DNA of 64,000 bases from Patescibacteria group bacterium (GTDB taxonomy: Bacteria > Patescibacteriota > JABMPQ01 > JAQVVF01), in NCBI GenBank assembly GCA_041662665.1, contig JBAZSC010000001.1:449511-513510 (forward strand). The letters run 5' to 3'. Below the pieces are notes generated by a model. The model was not told where the DNA came from and made no database searches. It was given only the letters and a program-made list of their open reading frames with translations. The translations under genes and the position numbers were made by a program. Position 1 is the first letter of the stretch; each line of letters starts with the position of its first letter. Shown piece after piece: positions 26,752 through 36,412 of this stretch.

Positions 26752-26909
26752 TATAATACGAATTTACGAATTTATGCAAATGTTGCAAATATGCGAATCA
26801 TACAAATACTAATATAATAATAAAAAAGACTGCTAGAAATAGCAGTTTTTTGTTATTAAAAAACCGCATATAAATTAACGGTTTTAAAATTAGAAATTAG
26901 AAATTAACG

Positions 26910-27512
26910 CTAGTATTCTTTTCTTCCTTTCATCGCATTACTTAAAGTCACTTCATCAGCATATTCCAAATCTCCGCCAGAAGGAAGACCGCGAGCAATT
27001 CTTGTCGTTTTTATACCTAATGGTTTTACTAATTTTGCAATATACATTGCTGTTGCTTCACCCTCAAGATTTGGGTTAGTTGCCAATATAATTTCTTTTG
27101 TTTCTGGATTTTGTTTTAAGCGATTCAGCAATTCATTAATTCTAAGATCTTCAGGACCGACATTATTTATCGGAGAAATTGAGCCATGCAAGACATGATA
27201 TTGACCATTGAATTCGCCAGAAGAATTAATCGCTACAATATCCATTGGTTCTTCAACAACGCAAATCAAAGATTTATCGCGTCTAAAATCAGAACAGATC
27301 GGGCAAGGATTTTTTTCAGTCAAATTAAAACAGCAAGAACAGAAAGTTACAGTCCTTTTTAATTCAGATAAGGCTTTTGCAAAAGATTCAACATCAGAAG
27401 CATTGGATTTTAATAAATAAAAAGAAAGCCTAGAAGCAGTTTTAGGACCAATGCCAGGAAGTTTGGAAAATTCAATTATTAAATTTTGTAATGGTATTGG
27501 GAGTATGTTCAT
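26910..27512 (-). CDS. recR: Recombination protein RecR
   Basis: HhH ([12 protein letters not shown]). C4 zinc finger (CSCC...CPIC). Toprim domain. The first ATG is residue 15 of the track ORF. Confidence 0.9.
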   Translation of the reverse strand: MNILPIPLQNLIIEFSKLPGIGPKTASRLSFYLLKSNASDVESFAKALSELKRTVTFCSCCFNLTEKNPCPICSDFRRDKSLICVVEEPMDIVAINSSGEFNGQYHVLHGSISPINNVGPEDLRINELLNRLKQNPETKEIILATNPNLEGEATAMYIAKLVKPLGIKTTRIARGLPSGGDLEYADEVTLSNAMKGRKEY

Positions 27513-27657
27513 AAATAAATAACAATTAAGATACAAGAAACAAGATACAAACAAATTACAAATTCAAAAAATCAATAACCAAACACTTTTAACACTAGCT
27601 AGTTTGGTTATTATAATTTGGATATTGAATATTGTTTGTTTCTTGTATCTTTTAGTT

Positions 27658-27951
27658 CTACATTTGTGGCATTTGGATTTCACCAGATTGCATTTTTCTC
27701 ATCATCATAGCTTGCAATTCTTTGTTTGCTTTTGAAAAAGCATCTTTGATTGCGTTTTGCAATTTGTCTTGATTACCAGCAACTAACAATGATTCGTCAA
27801 TAAAAACTTCTTTAATTTTCTGACTGCCATCCATTGAAATTTTTACTTGGCCATTTAATGCCTCGCCAGTTATTAATTCTGATTCTAATTGTCTTTTCAT
27901 TTCGCTAGCTTGTTTTCTTAAACTAGCTAAATTTTTTAGCTGCTCAAACAT
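27658..27951 (-). CDS. ybaB: Nucleoid-associated protein YbaB/EbfC
   Basis: 97-aa protein with the YbaB signature (MKRQLESELITGEALNGQVKISMDG). Sits upstream of recR as in the conserved dnaX-ybaB-recR arrangement, though dnaX is elsewhere here. Confidence 0.85.
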   Translation of the reverse strand: MFEQLKNLASLRKQASEMKRQLESELITGEALNGQVKISMDGSQKIKEVFIDESLLVAGNQDKLQNAIKDAFSKANKELQAMMMRKMQSGEIQMPQM

Positions 27952-28002
27952 TATTTTAAAAATTACTTTATAAACTTTATAACTTTAAGAACTTTATAAC
28001 TT

Positions 28003-30858
28003 TTATATTTCGCGTCTTTTCTCCAGATTTCTAAAACTCGCTACATTTTGTTCAAAGAATAAATCAACAACTCCTGTTGGTCCATTTCTATGTTTTTTAA
28101 TATGAATTTCTGCAATATGTTTTCGATCTGTATCTTTTTTATAAACTTCTTCGCGATAAATAAACATAACAACATCAGCATCTTGTTCAATACTACCACT
28201 TTCTCTTAAATCTGACAATTGTGGTATCTGCGGAGTTCTATTTTCTACAGCACGAGACAACTGCGATAATGCCAGTACTGGCACATTGAGTTCGCGAGCA
28301 ATACCTTTTAGCGCTCTAGATATTTCTGAAACCTCTTGAACTCTGCTTTCTGTATTTCTTCCTTCCATCAACTGCAAATAATCAACAACCAAAAAACCTA
28401 ATCCATGTTCAGCATGCAATCTTCTTGCTTTTGTTCTGATTTCCATAATGTTTGAAGAAGGGGAGTCATCAATGAATAATGGCGCTTCTGATAAGACGCC
28501 CATTGCATGTCCAATTCTTGGAAAATCATCATCTTCTTCGCGATCAGAAAGTTTTCCAGTTCTCATTCTCCACAAATCAACATTCGCTTCAGAACATAAT
28601 ATTCTATCAACCAATTGTTCTTTTGACATTTCAAGACTGAATATGCCAACTGGAATCTTTTGCTTGGCAATATTTTTAGCAAAATCAAGAGCAAGAGATG
28701 TATTATGTACCAAAAAATCATTAGCGATAAAATTGTGCGTTGAATTTATTGATAAATCATAAACTTGTTTTTTGCCAATATATTTTATACTTTTTATTTT
28801 ATCCCAAACTATGTCGCTTTCAGCTAATTCTAAAAGCTTTTTTGATTTTAAAACTGTTGCTAATTTTTTAATAGTTTCTCTTCTTGGATTTCGTCTAAAA
28901 GCATGAATATTATGAGTTAACGGCAAATTTAATTTTTTATAAATTTCTTGCCATGTTTTTTTGCCTTTCGCTTTTTTGACTAAATGCCAAACCTCAATTG
29001 GCAGAGTATCATAAGTCCAGCCAGATGTTTTTTTATTTACGAATTTTTCTAATTTTGCAAGCTGTTTTTCTTTGCCAAAAATTCCAATTTCTTTTGCAAA
29101 TCTGCTAATATTTTCTTTATTCCTTATTTCTATTTCAAAAGCAGTTCTTACTTCATTATTATATTTAATTTTTTTAATTCTTAATTTGCTTATTATGCCA
29201 AATCTCAATAATAAATGTTGGATTTGTTTTATTAATTTTTCCGATATTGATGAATAGGATAATCCATAATTATTTTTGCCTAAATAAGCAGAGCCATCAC
29301 AAGAGAATAGGCGATTCAAAAATAATGCAACAAATTCTTTTTTTAAGCTAAATATAATCTCTGGTACGAACTTATTGCCAGCTGATTTACCCATTAGATC
29401 TAATTGTTTTAACCACTTAGTAACAGAATTACTATCTTCCAATTCATTACGCAACTTTTTAATTTGGTTTTGAGTTTTAAGCGGCAATTTTAAATAATCT
29501 AATATACTTTTTAAAGTTTCACATGTTGGCAACCAATGACCATTGATAATAGCTGAAAAACCCGCGTGGCTTAAACCAATACTTTTTTCAATATCCATTT
29601 GTTTTTGATTTGTTTTTATAACAAATGTTTTTAGCAATTCGCCAAACTTTTTTATTTTTTGCTTATCTTTAATTTTCGTACTAGAAACTCTAAAACTTGG
29701 AGTTCTTTTTCCGTTAAAATCAGATAACATAAATTTCACATTAGGAAATTTAGTAACTGAATTTTGAAAATCAGAAATTATCTTTTTATTATTGTTTGTA
29801 AAAATAGGGCAGTGTGTTGTTAAACCACCATCAGCAATAAAATAAGCAAGGCATTTAACTTTATGAGATTCAAGACTTTTTTTACCAAATATCGGAATGA
29901 CTCTAGGACGACCAATCCGCTGACCAGCTTTTAATTTTAATAATGGCTTCCATCCGTCAATTGTCAAAAAAGGATGCGTCAAAGTTGTCTTGATTTTATA
30001 TCCAAGCGCTGTTTCAATTTCATAAACTGGTTTTATATGATCATCCAAATAATTGCTAATTTCAGTTTTCTGTATTTTTAACTCATTATTTAGAGTCAAA
30101 ATATTTCTTAATTTTTCTTTGTATGCCTTTTCAATTGTTAACATACTGCCTGTTTCAGGATCAATTATTTCCGTATCTGCTGTAACGCATTTTCCCATAC
30201 TAGGTCTAGCAGCTAAAATAATCAAATCAGATCGCTGAAATCCAGCCAATACATTATCAAGATCTGGAAAGCCAGTTGGAATTCCACGCAATTTACTGCC
30301 ATCTCGATGCAATTCATCAATTCTCTCAAAAGCATCAGTTAAAACATCTTTAATAACAATAAAATTTTGTTTTAAATATTTTTGAGAAATGCCAAATAAT
30401 TTTTGTTCAGCTTCATCCAATAATTTTTCTATATCTTTTCCTTCTTGATAACCTAATCTTGAAATATCGCCAGCTGCAGTAATCAATTTTCTTAAGGTTG
30501 ATTTTCTCTGAACTATTTTAGCATAATGAATAATATTTCCAGCTGTTGGCACAATGTTTGCAAGAGAAACAAGATAGCTTCTTCCGCCAATTAAATCCAA
30601 ATGTCCTTTGTCAGTTAAAGAGTTCGCCAAACTTACCACATCAATTGGTTCTCTTTTTTCGTACAACTCAAGCATTGAAGAAAAAATCATGCTATTCTTT
30701 TCTTCATAAAAATCTTCAGACCGCAAAAAATCAGAGACTTTGATAATCGCATCTTTATCAATCAAAAGAGAGCCTAAAACAGATTTTTCAGCTTCTTTGT
30801 TTCTTGGTGGCAATTTTTCAACAACGTCGTTTTGGTTTTCCATGATATAACAATACAT
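28003..30858 (-). CDS. dnaB: Replicative DNA helicase DnaB interrupted by an in-frame intein (951-aa precursor, ~455-aa mature helicase)
   Basis: N-domain and linker, then Walker A split as ARPSMGK|C...HN|TSLALDF. C-terminal RecA-like domain carries helicase motifs H2-H4. Confidence 0.9.
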   Translation of the reverse strand: MYCYIMENQNDVVEKLPPRNKEAEKSVLGSLLIDKDAIIKVSDFLRSEDFYEEKNSMIFSSMLELYEKREPIDVVSLANSLTDKGHLDLIGGRSYLVSLANIVPTAGNIIHYAKIVQRKSTLRKLITAAGDISRLGYQEGKDIEKLLDEAEQKLFGISQKYLKQNFIVIKDVLTDAFERIDELHRDGSKLRGIPTGFPDLDNVLAGFQRSDLIILAARPSMGKCVTADTEIIDPETGSMLTIEKAYKEKLRNILTLNNELKIQKTEISNYLDDHIKPVYEIETALGYKIKTTLTHPFLTIDGWKPLLKLKAGQRIGRPRVIPIFGKKSLESHKVKCLAYFIADGGLTTHCPIFTNNNKKIISDFQNSVTKFPNVKFMLSDFNGKRTPSFRVSSTKIKDKQKIKKFGELLKTFVIKTNQKQMDIEKSIGLSHAGFSAIINGHWLPTCETLKSILDYLKLPLKTQNQIKKLRNELEDSNSVTKWLKQLDLMGKSAGNKFVPEIIFSLKKEFVALFLNRLFSCDGSAYLGKNNYGLSYSSISEKLIKQIQHLLLRFGIISKLRIKKIKYNNEVRTAFEIEIRNKENISRFAKEIGIFGKEKQLAKLEKFVNKKTSGWTYDTLPIEVWHLVKKAKGKKTWQEIYKKLNLPLTHNIHAFRRNPRRETIKKLATVLKSKKLLELAESDIVWDKIKSIKYIGKKQVYDLSINSTHNFIANDFLVHNTSLALDFAKNIAKQKIPVGIFSLEMSKEQLVDRILCSEANVDLWRMRTGKLSDREEDDDFPRIGHAMGVLSEAPLFIDDSPSSNIMEIRTKARRLHAEHGLGFLVVDYLQLMEGRNTESRVQEVSEISRALKGIARELNVPVLALSQLSRAVENRTPQIPQLSDLRESGSIEQDADVVMFIYREEVYKKDTDRKHIAEIHIKKHRNGPTGVVDLFFEQNVASFRNLEKRREI
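28702..30189 (-). mobile_element. DnaB intein, ~496 aa, inserted in the P-loop. Contains a LAGLIDADG homing-endonuclease domain.
   Basis: Starts at Cys1 (CVTADTEI, block A). TLTHPF block B. Two LAGLIDADG motifs ([16 protein letters not shown]). Ends ...FLVHN before Thr+1. The flanks rejoin as GKT. Coordinates ±3 nt. Confidence 0.8.
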
Positions 30859-31074
30859 CTCGTTATGGCTGGTTTCAGAGTCCTCTCTGAAACCACATCA
30901 ACGATTATTAAGTGGTTGCAGAAAGGATTCTGCAACCAGCGATTACGTGAAATTAAATTACAATGTATTCATATCAATATATCATTTTAACATAAAAAAA
31001 CAATCCTCAAAGTTGAGGATAATTTAATAATAAAAAAAGATCCAGAAGGATCTAAATAAAGAACATGATTATGT

Positions 31075-31434
31075 TTAGGCAGAAGGCGCGTGCATTACAA
31101 TGAGGTTGAGAAGCTGAGTCTTATCGAGTCCAAGCCTCGTTGCCCAAGAACCAAATGTGTCATGACGAGAGTCAACATTCATCTGACGACTCAATTCATC
31201 AATAAAGAAATGAAGGCAGGCTCCCATTTGCTTTTCGTCTTTGCATGGGCATACCATTTTTACAATGCGACCACGACGCTTTTCGCGAGTGTAAATAAAA
31301 ATGGAACGGCTTTCTGCACCAGCTTTTGGACAATCCTCAGTAACGTCAACAACCTTTTCAGTCACGCAAGTTACACCTGTGGCAGAATCAGACAAGCCAC
31401 TTTTATACGTAAAAGGATTGAGCACCTTTGCCAT
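31075..31434 (-). CDS. Hypothetical small protein, 119 aa, GC-elevated cassette
   Basis: Strong RBS AAGGAGG 7 nt upstream of the ATG. Preceded by a ~95-bp promoter/5'-UTR block that is duplicated upstream of the next gene. Confidence 0.5.
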   Translation of the reverse strand: MAKVLNPFTYKSGLSDSATGVTCVTEKVVDVTEDCPKAGAESRSIFIYTREKRRGRIVKMVCPCKDEKQMGACLHFFIDELSRQMNVDSRHDTFGSWATRLGLDKTQLLNLIVMHAPSA

Positions 31435-31666
31435 GTCTTTCTCCTCCTTGGCCTGGTTTTCCGGCCATCAAAAAAAGCATTAATCATAATAGCTCTTTTT
31501 TAATAAAATATCAAGATTTTGTTATCTTTATAAGTTCCCTTAAGGTTGAGGATAATTATGGTATAAAAAAATTCTCAAAAAGAGAATCATCAAGGATCTT
31601 CGTAAAAAGCATAAACAAAATCATCTTTGTCATAATCATATTCAGTTTTAAGACGTGCACAAAAAT

Positions 31667-32080
31667 TTACCTTCCAAAGACATCTTCCCAGGGATTTGGA
31701 TCTACATAAAGAGCATAAACATAATCATCTTTGTCATAATCATGGCCAGTTTTAGACGTGCCCAAAAATTTACCATTACAAGTTATTTCATTCCATTTCT
31801 CTAGTGTCACCGTTTGAATAATTATTCCAGTAGTGCCTGGCGAAGCATCAGTTTTTTCTTTGCAATTAAGCTGAGCATCTTTTTTTCTCAGAACAATATA
31901 AACAACACCATCTGATGAAAATTTTTCAATCTTCCTAATATAACCGTCGAGACATAACACTGTGAACTCGAGTTCATTACCCGTAAGATCAGATATCCCA
32001 AGATGTCCAATCTTTTTTGCTAATTTGTTATAAAGAGCAAGCTTTTGACGCATTTCTTGAATTGGCGTCTTCGATCCCAT
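31667..32080 (-). CDS. Hypothetical small protein, 137 aa, GC-elevated cassette
   Basis: Same duplicated upstream block (TTGATA-N17-TATTAT promoter, ggccggaaaaccaggcc hairpin, AAGGAGG). Confidence 0.5.
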   Translation of the reverse strand: MGSKTPIQEMRQKLALYNKLAKKIGHLGISDLTGNELEFTVLCLDGYIRKIEKFSSDGVVYIVLRKKDAQLNCKEKTDASPGTTGIIIQTVTLEKWNEITCNGKFLGTSKTGHDYDKDDYVYALYVDPNPWEDVFGR

Positions 32081-32154
32081 CGCTTCCTCCTTGGCCTGGT
32101 TTTCCGGCCATCAAAAAAGAGCTTTAATAATAATAGCTCTTTTTTAATAAATTA

Positions 32155-33495
32155 TCAAGATCTTGTTATCTTTGCTCCTTTTTCAGTATCTTCAATTTCA
32201 AATCCTGCTTCTATAATTTTGCTTCGCAATTCATCGGCTTTTTTCCAATCCTTATTTTGACGGGCAAATTCACGTTCTTCTACTAATCTGTTTACAAATT
32301 CCGGAACATCAATTTTTTCAATCTTTTTTAAATTTAATCCCAAAACTTTATCAAAATCAATTAGAGTTGCTTTTTTAATTCCATCATCTAAATCAGACTT
32401 TAGCATTTCCCAAACAACAACCAAAGCCTTTGGCATATTTAAATCATCATTTACAGCCTCTAAAAATTTTAGCTCATACTCTTTATCAATTTTACCAATC
32501 TTACTAATTTTACCGATTCTTTCATGAAGTTTATTCAAAGAATTTTGAGCAGATTTCAATCCAGACCAGCTGAAATTTAATTTTGTTCTATAATGCGCTG
32601 TTAAACATAAATATCTAAAGTCAAGAGGGGAGAAGCATTCTTTTTTTAAGTCATTTAGAGTATAAAAATTGTGCAAGCTTTTTGACATTTTTTTGCCATC
32701 TGCTAAAAGATGCTCGCCATGAATCCAATAATTTGCCAAAGGTTTTCCTGTTTTACTTTCTGATTGAGCAATTTCATTTTCGTGATGGGGGAATATTAAA
32801 TCAACGGCACCAGCATGAATATCAATTGTGTCTCCCAAAGCATCTTGAGCCATTGTTGAACATTCAATATGCCAGCCAGGTCTCCCCTTGCCTAATTTTG
32901 TCTCCCAAAAAACTCCGCCATCTTTTTCTGTCCAATTTTTCCATAGCACAAAATCCCGTAAATTATCTTTATCATATTCATCAACATTTACTCTCGCGCC
33001 AATTTTTATTCCTGCTTTATCAAGATGGGAGAGTTTGCCATAATCTTTAAACTTATTAATTTTGAAATAAACAGATCCATCATCTACCTTGTAAGCAAAG
33101 CCTTTGTCTAGTAGTACCTGAATAAAATCAACCATTTTTTCGATATACTTTGTTGCATTTGTAACAACATCAGGTTTGATTATATTTAATTCTTTTAAAT
33201 CTTCAAAAAATTTATTTTCATAATTCTTTGTCAATTTTGCCAATTCATTTTTATTGCCATTAGCTGCTTTAATAGTTTTATCATCAACATCAGTAATATT
33301 CATGACATGTTTTACTTTGAAATTATTATAAAGCAAAACTCTCTTTAGAATGTCTCCTAAAGTATAAGTCCGCAAATTACCAATCTGAGCATAATTATAA
33401 ACAGTCGGCCCGCAAACATATAGACCAACTTGATTATCTTTTAATGGTTTAAATTCTTCAATTTCTCTTGATAATGTATTGTAAATTTTTAGCAT
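32155..33495 (-). CDS. cysS: Cysteinyl-tRNA synthetase
   Basis: Class I motifs CGPTVYNYAQIGN (HIGH-like) and KMSKSLHN. 446 aa. Confidence 0.9.
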   Translation of the reverse strand: MLKIYNTLSREIEEFKPLKDNQVGLYVCGPTVYNYAQIGNLRTYTLGDILKRVLLYNNFKVKHVMNITDVDDKTIKAANGNKNELAKLTKNYENKFFEDLKELNIIKPDVVTNATKYIEKMVDFIQVLLDKGFAYKVDDGSVYFKINKFKDYGKLSHLDKAGIKIGARVNVDEYDKDNLRDFVLWKNWTEKDGGVFWETKLGKGRPGWHIECSTMAQDALGDTIDIHAGAVDLIFPHHENEIAQSESKTGKPLANYWIHGEHLLADGKKMSKSLHNFYTLNDLKKECFSPLDFRYLCLTAHYRTKLNFSWSGLKSAQNSLNKLHERIGKISKIGKIDKEYELKFLEAVNDDLNMPKALVVVWEMLKSDLDDGIKKATLIDFDKVLGLNLKKIEKIDVPEFVNRLVEEREFARQNKDWKKADELRSKIIEAGFEIEDTEKGAKITRS

Positions 33496-33516
33496 AGTTT
33501 TGGTTAAGGGTTACTA

Positions 33517-33605
33517 CCCAGCTTTTGCTGGGGTTCGGTGAACTTTAGTTCACAGTCGAGTTTCTTGCTGCAACTAAAGTTGCCCAAACCCCAACTAAAG
33601 TTGGG
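33517..33605 (-). promoter_or_regulatory. cysS 5' leader: four consecutive tetraloop hairpins
   Basis: cccaac-uuua-guuggg, gcaac-uuua-guugc, ugaac-uaaa-guuca and ccccagc-aaaa-gcugggg, all directly upstream of the cysS ATG. Confidence 0.4.
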
Positions 33606-33705
33606 TCATAGATTTCTACCTTTAAAATATCATTTTTAAAATTATTTTACAAATAGCGCATTCGAAAAAGAATTAGTAAGATTCGAAAACGCATTCGAGT
33701 GAGGC

Positions 33706-33733
33706 ACAAAAAAAGAGACCAATAATAGTCTCT
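33706..33733 (-). terminator. Rho-independent terminator of the LOG gene (gagac-caataatag-gtctc plus U7)
   Basis: Stem overlaps the TAG stop and is followed by uuuuuuu on the minus strand. Confidence 0.6.
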
Positions 33734-34262
33734 AAACCTCCAAAAAATGAACGATTTCTGCCTCAATTAATTCAAAAGGACGTCCTTTCTTGATCTTTAA
33801 AATCATTCCAACATCAATTCCAGAAAATTCAGAAGAAGTCAAAAGCGCCAAGAAATGCGGATTAAAATTTCCGATCATGACAAGCTTTTTCTTTGTCTTC
33901 AATCTGCCAACAAGTTCATCATATGTTCCAATTCCGCCCTCAAAAGCAATCACCAAATCTGGCGCATCAATCAAAAGTTGCCGTCTGATTGCAGGTCCGA
34001 AATCAATTTCTTCAAAACCAGGAAATTGAAGTTTTAACAAGCTTGTATTGATTGAGCCAGGCGTTGTGATCTTTTTTTCAAGCAATGACTGATAAACGAT
34101 TCCAGTTCCGCCTCCAATGAAGCAAGCCTGCATAATACCCGAGTTGATACCTCCATGAACTACTAAATGTCCTAATTGAATCAATCTTTGCGTAATTCTT
34201 TCCGCCAATTCTTTGTCCAAACCACCGCACACTGCTCCGCCAATGATTGCGATTCTGGCCAT
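33732..34262 (-). CDS. LOG-family (TIGR00730) nucleotide phosphoribohydrolase
   Basis: MARIAIIGGA...GGPGIMEA-like GxGxxG and GGIGTYDEL motifs. Start at ATG after AAGGAGGG (residue 17 of the track ORF). Confidence 0.7.
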   Translation of the reverse strand: MARIAIIGGAVCGGLDKELAERITQRLIQLGHLVVHGGINSGIMQACFIGGGTGIVYQSLLEKKITTPGSINTSLLKLQFPGFEEIDFGPAIRRQLLIDAPDLVIAFEGGIGTYDELVGRLKTKKKLVMIGNFNPHFLALLTSSEFSGIDVGMILKIKKGRPFELIEAEIVHFLEV

Positions 34263-34284
34263 CTCTCTCCCTCCTTCTTTGTGG

Positions 34285-34752
34285 CTAGGAAAACAGAAGA
34301 CTAAGCACAATGAAGATAATTATTGTTACGAGCGCAATAATCCAATGAAATGACGTTTCAAGATAAATAAAGAATAGATCATACTTCGTCAGTGGTGTCG
34401 TTTTCTTAGCTGCAAGGCAAAGTATCTGGAGTCCAAACATCAACGCAAAAAATACAATGATTAGGGTATTCAGCCAAGATGGTGAATTATAAAAATATGT
34501 TGCGGTCCGAGAGTGAAAAGAGACAGCTACTGTACAAACGCAAGAAATAAGAAATGCCATGGCAAGCTTGATATTAGTCGGAGAATGTGTTTCATAAAGC
34601 TGATCTACGCTTATTCTCTTACCAGCATTATAGTCAGCGAGAGCAGTCATCAGAGGTCTAACTTTTGATGCAATATATTTGTAGGTTAGAACAATTGCAA
34701 CTGTCATAGCAAGAAAAATAATAACTTCAAAAACAATTGTTCCTGTGCTCAT
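34285..34752 (-). CDS. Hypothetical 4-TM membrane protein
   Basis: Hydrophobic 155-aa ORF with RBS gggagga. GC-elevated. Confidence 0.45.
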   Translation of the reverse strand: MSTGTIVFEVIIFLAMTVAIVLTYKYIASKVRPLMTALADYNAGKRISVDQLYETHSPTNIKLAMAFLISCVCTVAVSFHSRTATYFYNSPSWLNTLIIVFFALMFGLQILCLAAKKTTPLTKYDLFFIYLETSFHWIIALVTIIIFIVLSLLFS

Positions 34753-34981
34753 TGTTCCTTATCCTCCCTCTCTTCTGGACTATACATTTTATTGTCAAAA
34801 GAACAATCAAAAAATTATATAATCAAAATACTTTTTTGTCAAATCAAAAAAGCCAGTATTTAACTGGCTAATATTTCACCCTTTGGGTGACCACCCGTAG
34901 GGTGGTAATATCCGAATTTCCTAATATCCGAATATTCTAATTTCTAATATTCCAAAATATTTCTAAAAATCAAAACGAAAA

Positions 34982-36385
34982 TTAAAGACTTCCAGAATTA
35001 CGGACATCAGCTCTTTTCATCGGCCATTCTGCTTTTCCAGATTTATCAAAAAAATCAGACAAATTCCAGATATAAACGGAACTATCAGAAAGGCTAGAAA
35101 TAACTTCCAAAACCTTGTTATTATCAACATCAGATAAAGATGGATATGTTAAAAAATTTCCACCTTTTGATTCAGTAGCTAATGGCCATGAATCTCTAAT
35201 TTCTTCGCCATTATTTTTCCAAGCATAAATTCGATCATCAGAAGTACCTAAGACTTCAATATTTTTATCATCATTAATATCCGCCAAATTAATATATTTT
35301 ATTGTCTGTGCAGCAGTTTTTGGCCAGCCCTTAATTTCGGATCCTAATTCGCCTAAGACATGTACTCCAGATTTATTAGCAAAAGAAATATTGGCAATTT
35401 CATTATTATCAACATCACCAAGAGCTAAATCAGAAACTCCATCTTCAAAATTTATTGTCAGTAATTGCTCTCCAGTTTTTGAATAAACTAAAATGTCTTT
35501 TTCCTTTGTACTAACAATAATATTCATGTCAGTCTTGTTAGTAACATTTCCAATTACAACTTCCATATTAGCAGAAGCAGAATCAATTGTTTTAGGATAT
35601 CCAGATAATGTTTGTCCATTATTTTTTAAAACAGAAAGCTCATTTTTTCCTGAAGACAAAGAAGTGAAAATAATTTCAGATTTTGTGTCAGAATCTAAAT
35701 TGGCAGTTGCTAAATCAGAACTTATTTTTTCACTTGTTTCTTTTGGCCAGCCAGACACAATTTCGCCAGCATTAGATATGACATAAATAATTCGATCGCC
35801 AAATGCAGCAATTTCCATTTTATTATCAGAAGTAATATCAGAAATAACAGGAGTTCTTTCTGATGCCAAATTATCTAATGTTTTTGGAAAACCATTTTTA
35901 ATATCAGCATTGCCGCTAAACGCGTAAACAGCTTTGTTTGTTGAAATCACAACATCAAGCTTGCCATCCAAATCCAAATCTCCAATTGCTGGAACTGATG
36001 TACCTAAATATTCATCAATTTTTATTGGCCAATTTGGAACTTCGGATCCATCATCATTTAAAGCATAAACTAAATGCTCATTTGTCCCAAAAATAATTTC
36101 TGGCTTTTTGTCAGCATCAATATCACCAACAGTTGTTCTTGATGGAAGACCGCTGATACTTCTTGGCCAGCCAGCTTTGTAAACCAAAACAGGAAATAAA
36201 TCTTTAATGTTTGGTCCGCTAGCTTTTTTCTTTACAATTGATTGTGGAATGATCTGTTCATTTTTGTAGGCGCCTTTATATACAGTATATCCCATTGCTG
36301 CCATCATCGCAGCACCAGCAAATAGAACGCCAATCAAAGTGCCAACACGAACTTTGGTTTTTGTTTGTGTTAGTGTTTCGGGCAT
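34982..36385 (-). CDS. Membrane-anchored FG-GAP/VCBS-repeat beta-propeller protein
   Basis: N-terminal TM helix. Repeated GDxDxDGxxDxV motifs (GDLDLDGKLDVV, GDVDNN, ADINDDKNIEV). Confidence 0.6.
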   Translation of the reverse strand: MPETLTQTKTKVRVGTLIGVLFAGAAMMAAMGYTVYKGAYKNEQIIPQSIVKKKASGPNIKDLFPVLVYKAGWPRSISGLPSRTTVGDIDADKKPEIIFGTNEHLVYALNDDGSEVPNWPIKIDEYLGTSVPAIGDLDLDGKLDVVISTNKAVYAFSGNADIKNGFPKTLDNLASERTPVISDITSDNKMEIAAFGDRIIYVISNAGEIVSGWPKETSEKISSDLATANLDSDTKSEIIFTSLSSGKNELSVLKNNGQTLSGYPKTIDSASANMEVVIGNVTNKTDMNIIVSTKEKDILVYSKTGEQLLTINFEDGVSDLALGDVDNNEIANISFANKSGVHVLGELGSEIKGWPKTAAQTIKYINLADINDDKNIEVLGTSDDRIYAWKNNGEEIRDSWPLATESKGGNFLTYPSLSDVDNNKVLEVISSLSDSSVYIWNLSDFFDKSGKAEWPMKRADVRNSGSL

Positions 36386-36412
36386 AATTTTGTTATTTAG
36401 TTATTTTGTTAT

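Noticed and set aside
28448-30743. Plus-strand ORFs 28448..28762, 29072..29257, 30053..30238 and 30546..30743 inside dnaB/intein
   Set aside because: Antisense to a continuous 951-aa reading frame with conserved helicase and intein blocks.
30860-31060. Hairpins upstream of dnaB (gguuucagag-uccuc-ucugaaacc; gguugcagaaaggauucugcaacc; auccucaaaguugaggau; gauccagaaggauc) as possible sRNA or tRNA
   Set aside because: No cloverleaf can be built and there are no conserved tRNA positions. They are more simply promoter-proximal or terminator hairpins between dnaB and the 31075 cassette. Not reported as a gene.
31090-31709. Plus-strand ORFs 31090..31503, 31301..31483, 31428..31709 and 32045..32260
   Set aside because: They run antisense across the two minus-strand cassette genes and their duplicated promoter block. 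The minus-strand ORFs each have a perfect AAGGAGG and ATG.
33496-33731. T-box riboswitch upstream of cysS
   Set aside because: I looked for the T-box consensus (AGGGUGGNACCGCG) and a specifier-loop/antiterminator arrangement and found none. It is reported only as an uncharacterised hairpin array.
35493-35786. ORF 35493..35786(+) inside the FG-GAP gene, and 37711..37947(-)/37808..37999(-) opposite the coiled-coil gene
   Set aside because: Shadow ORFs. The 37711(-) ORF is an L/F-rich translation of an E/K-rich gene's antisense strand.
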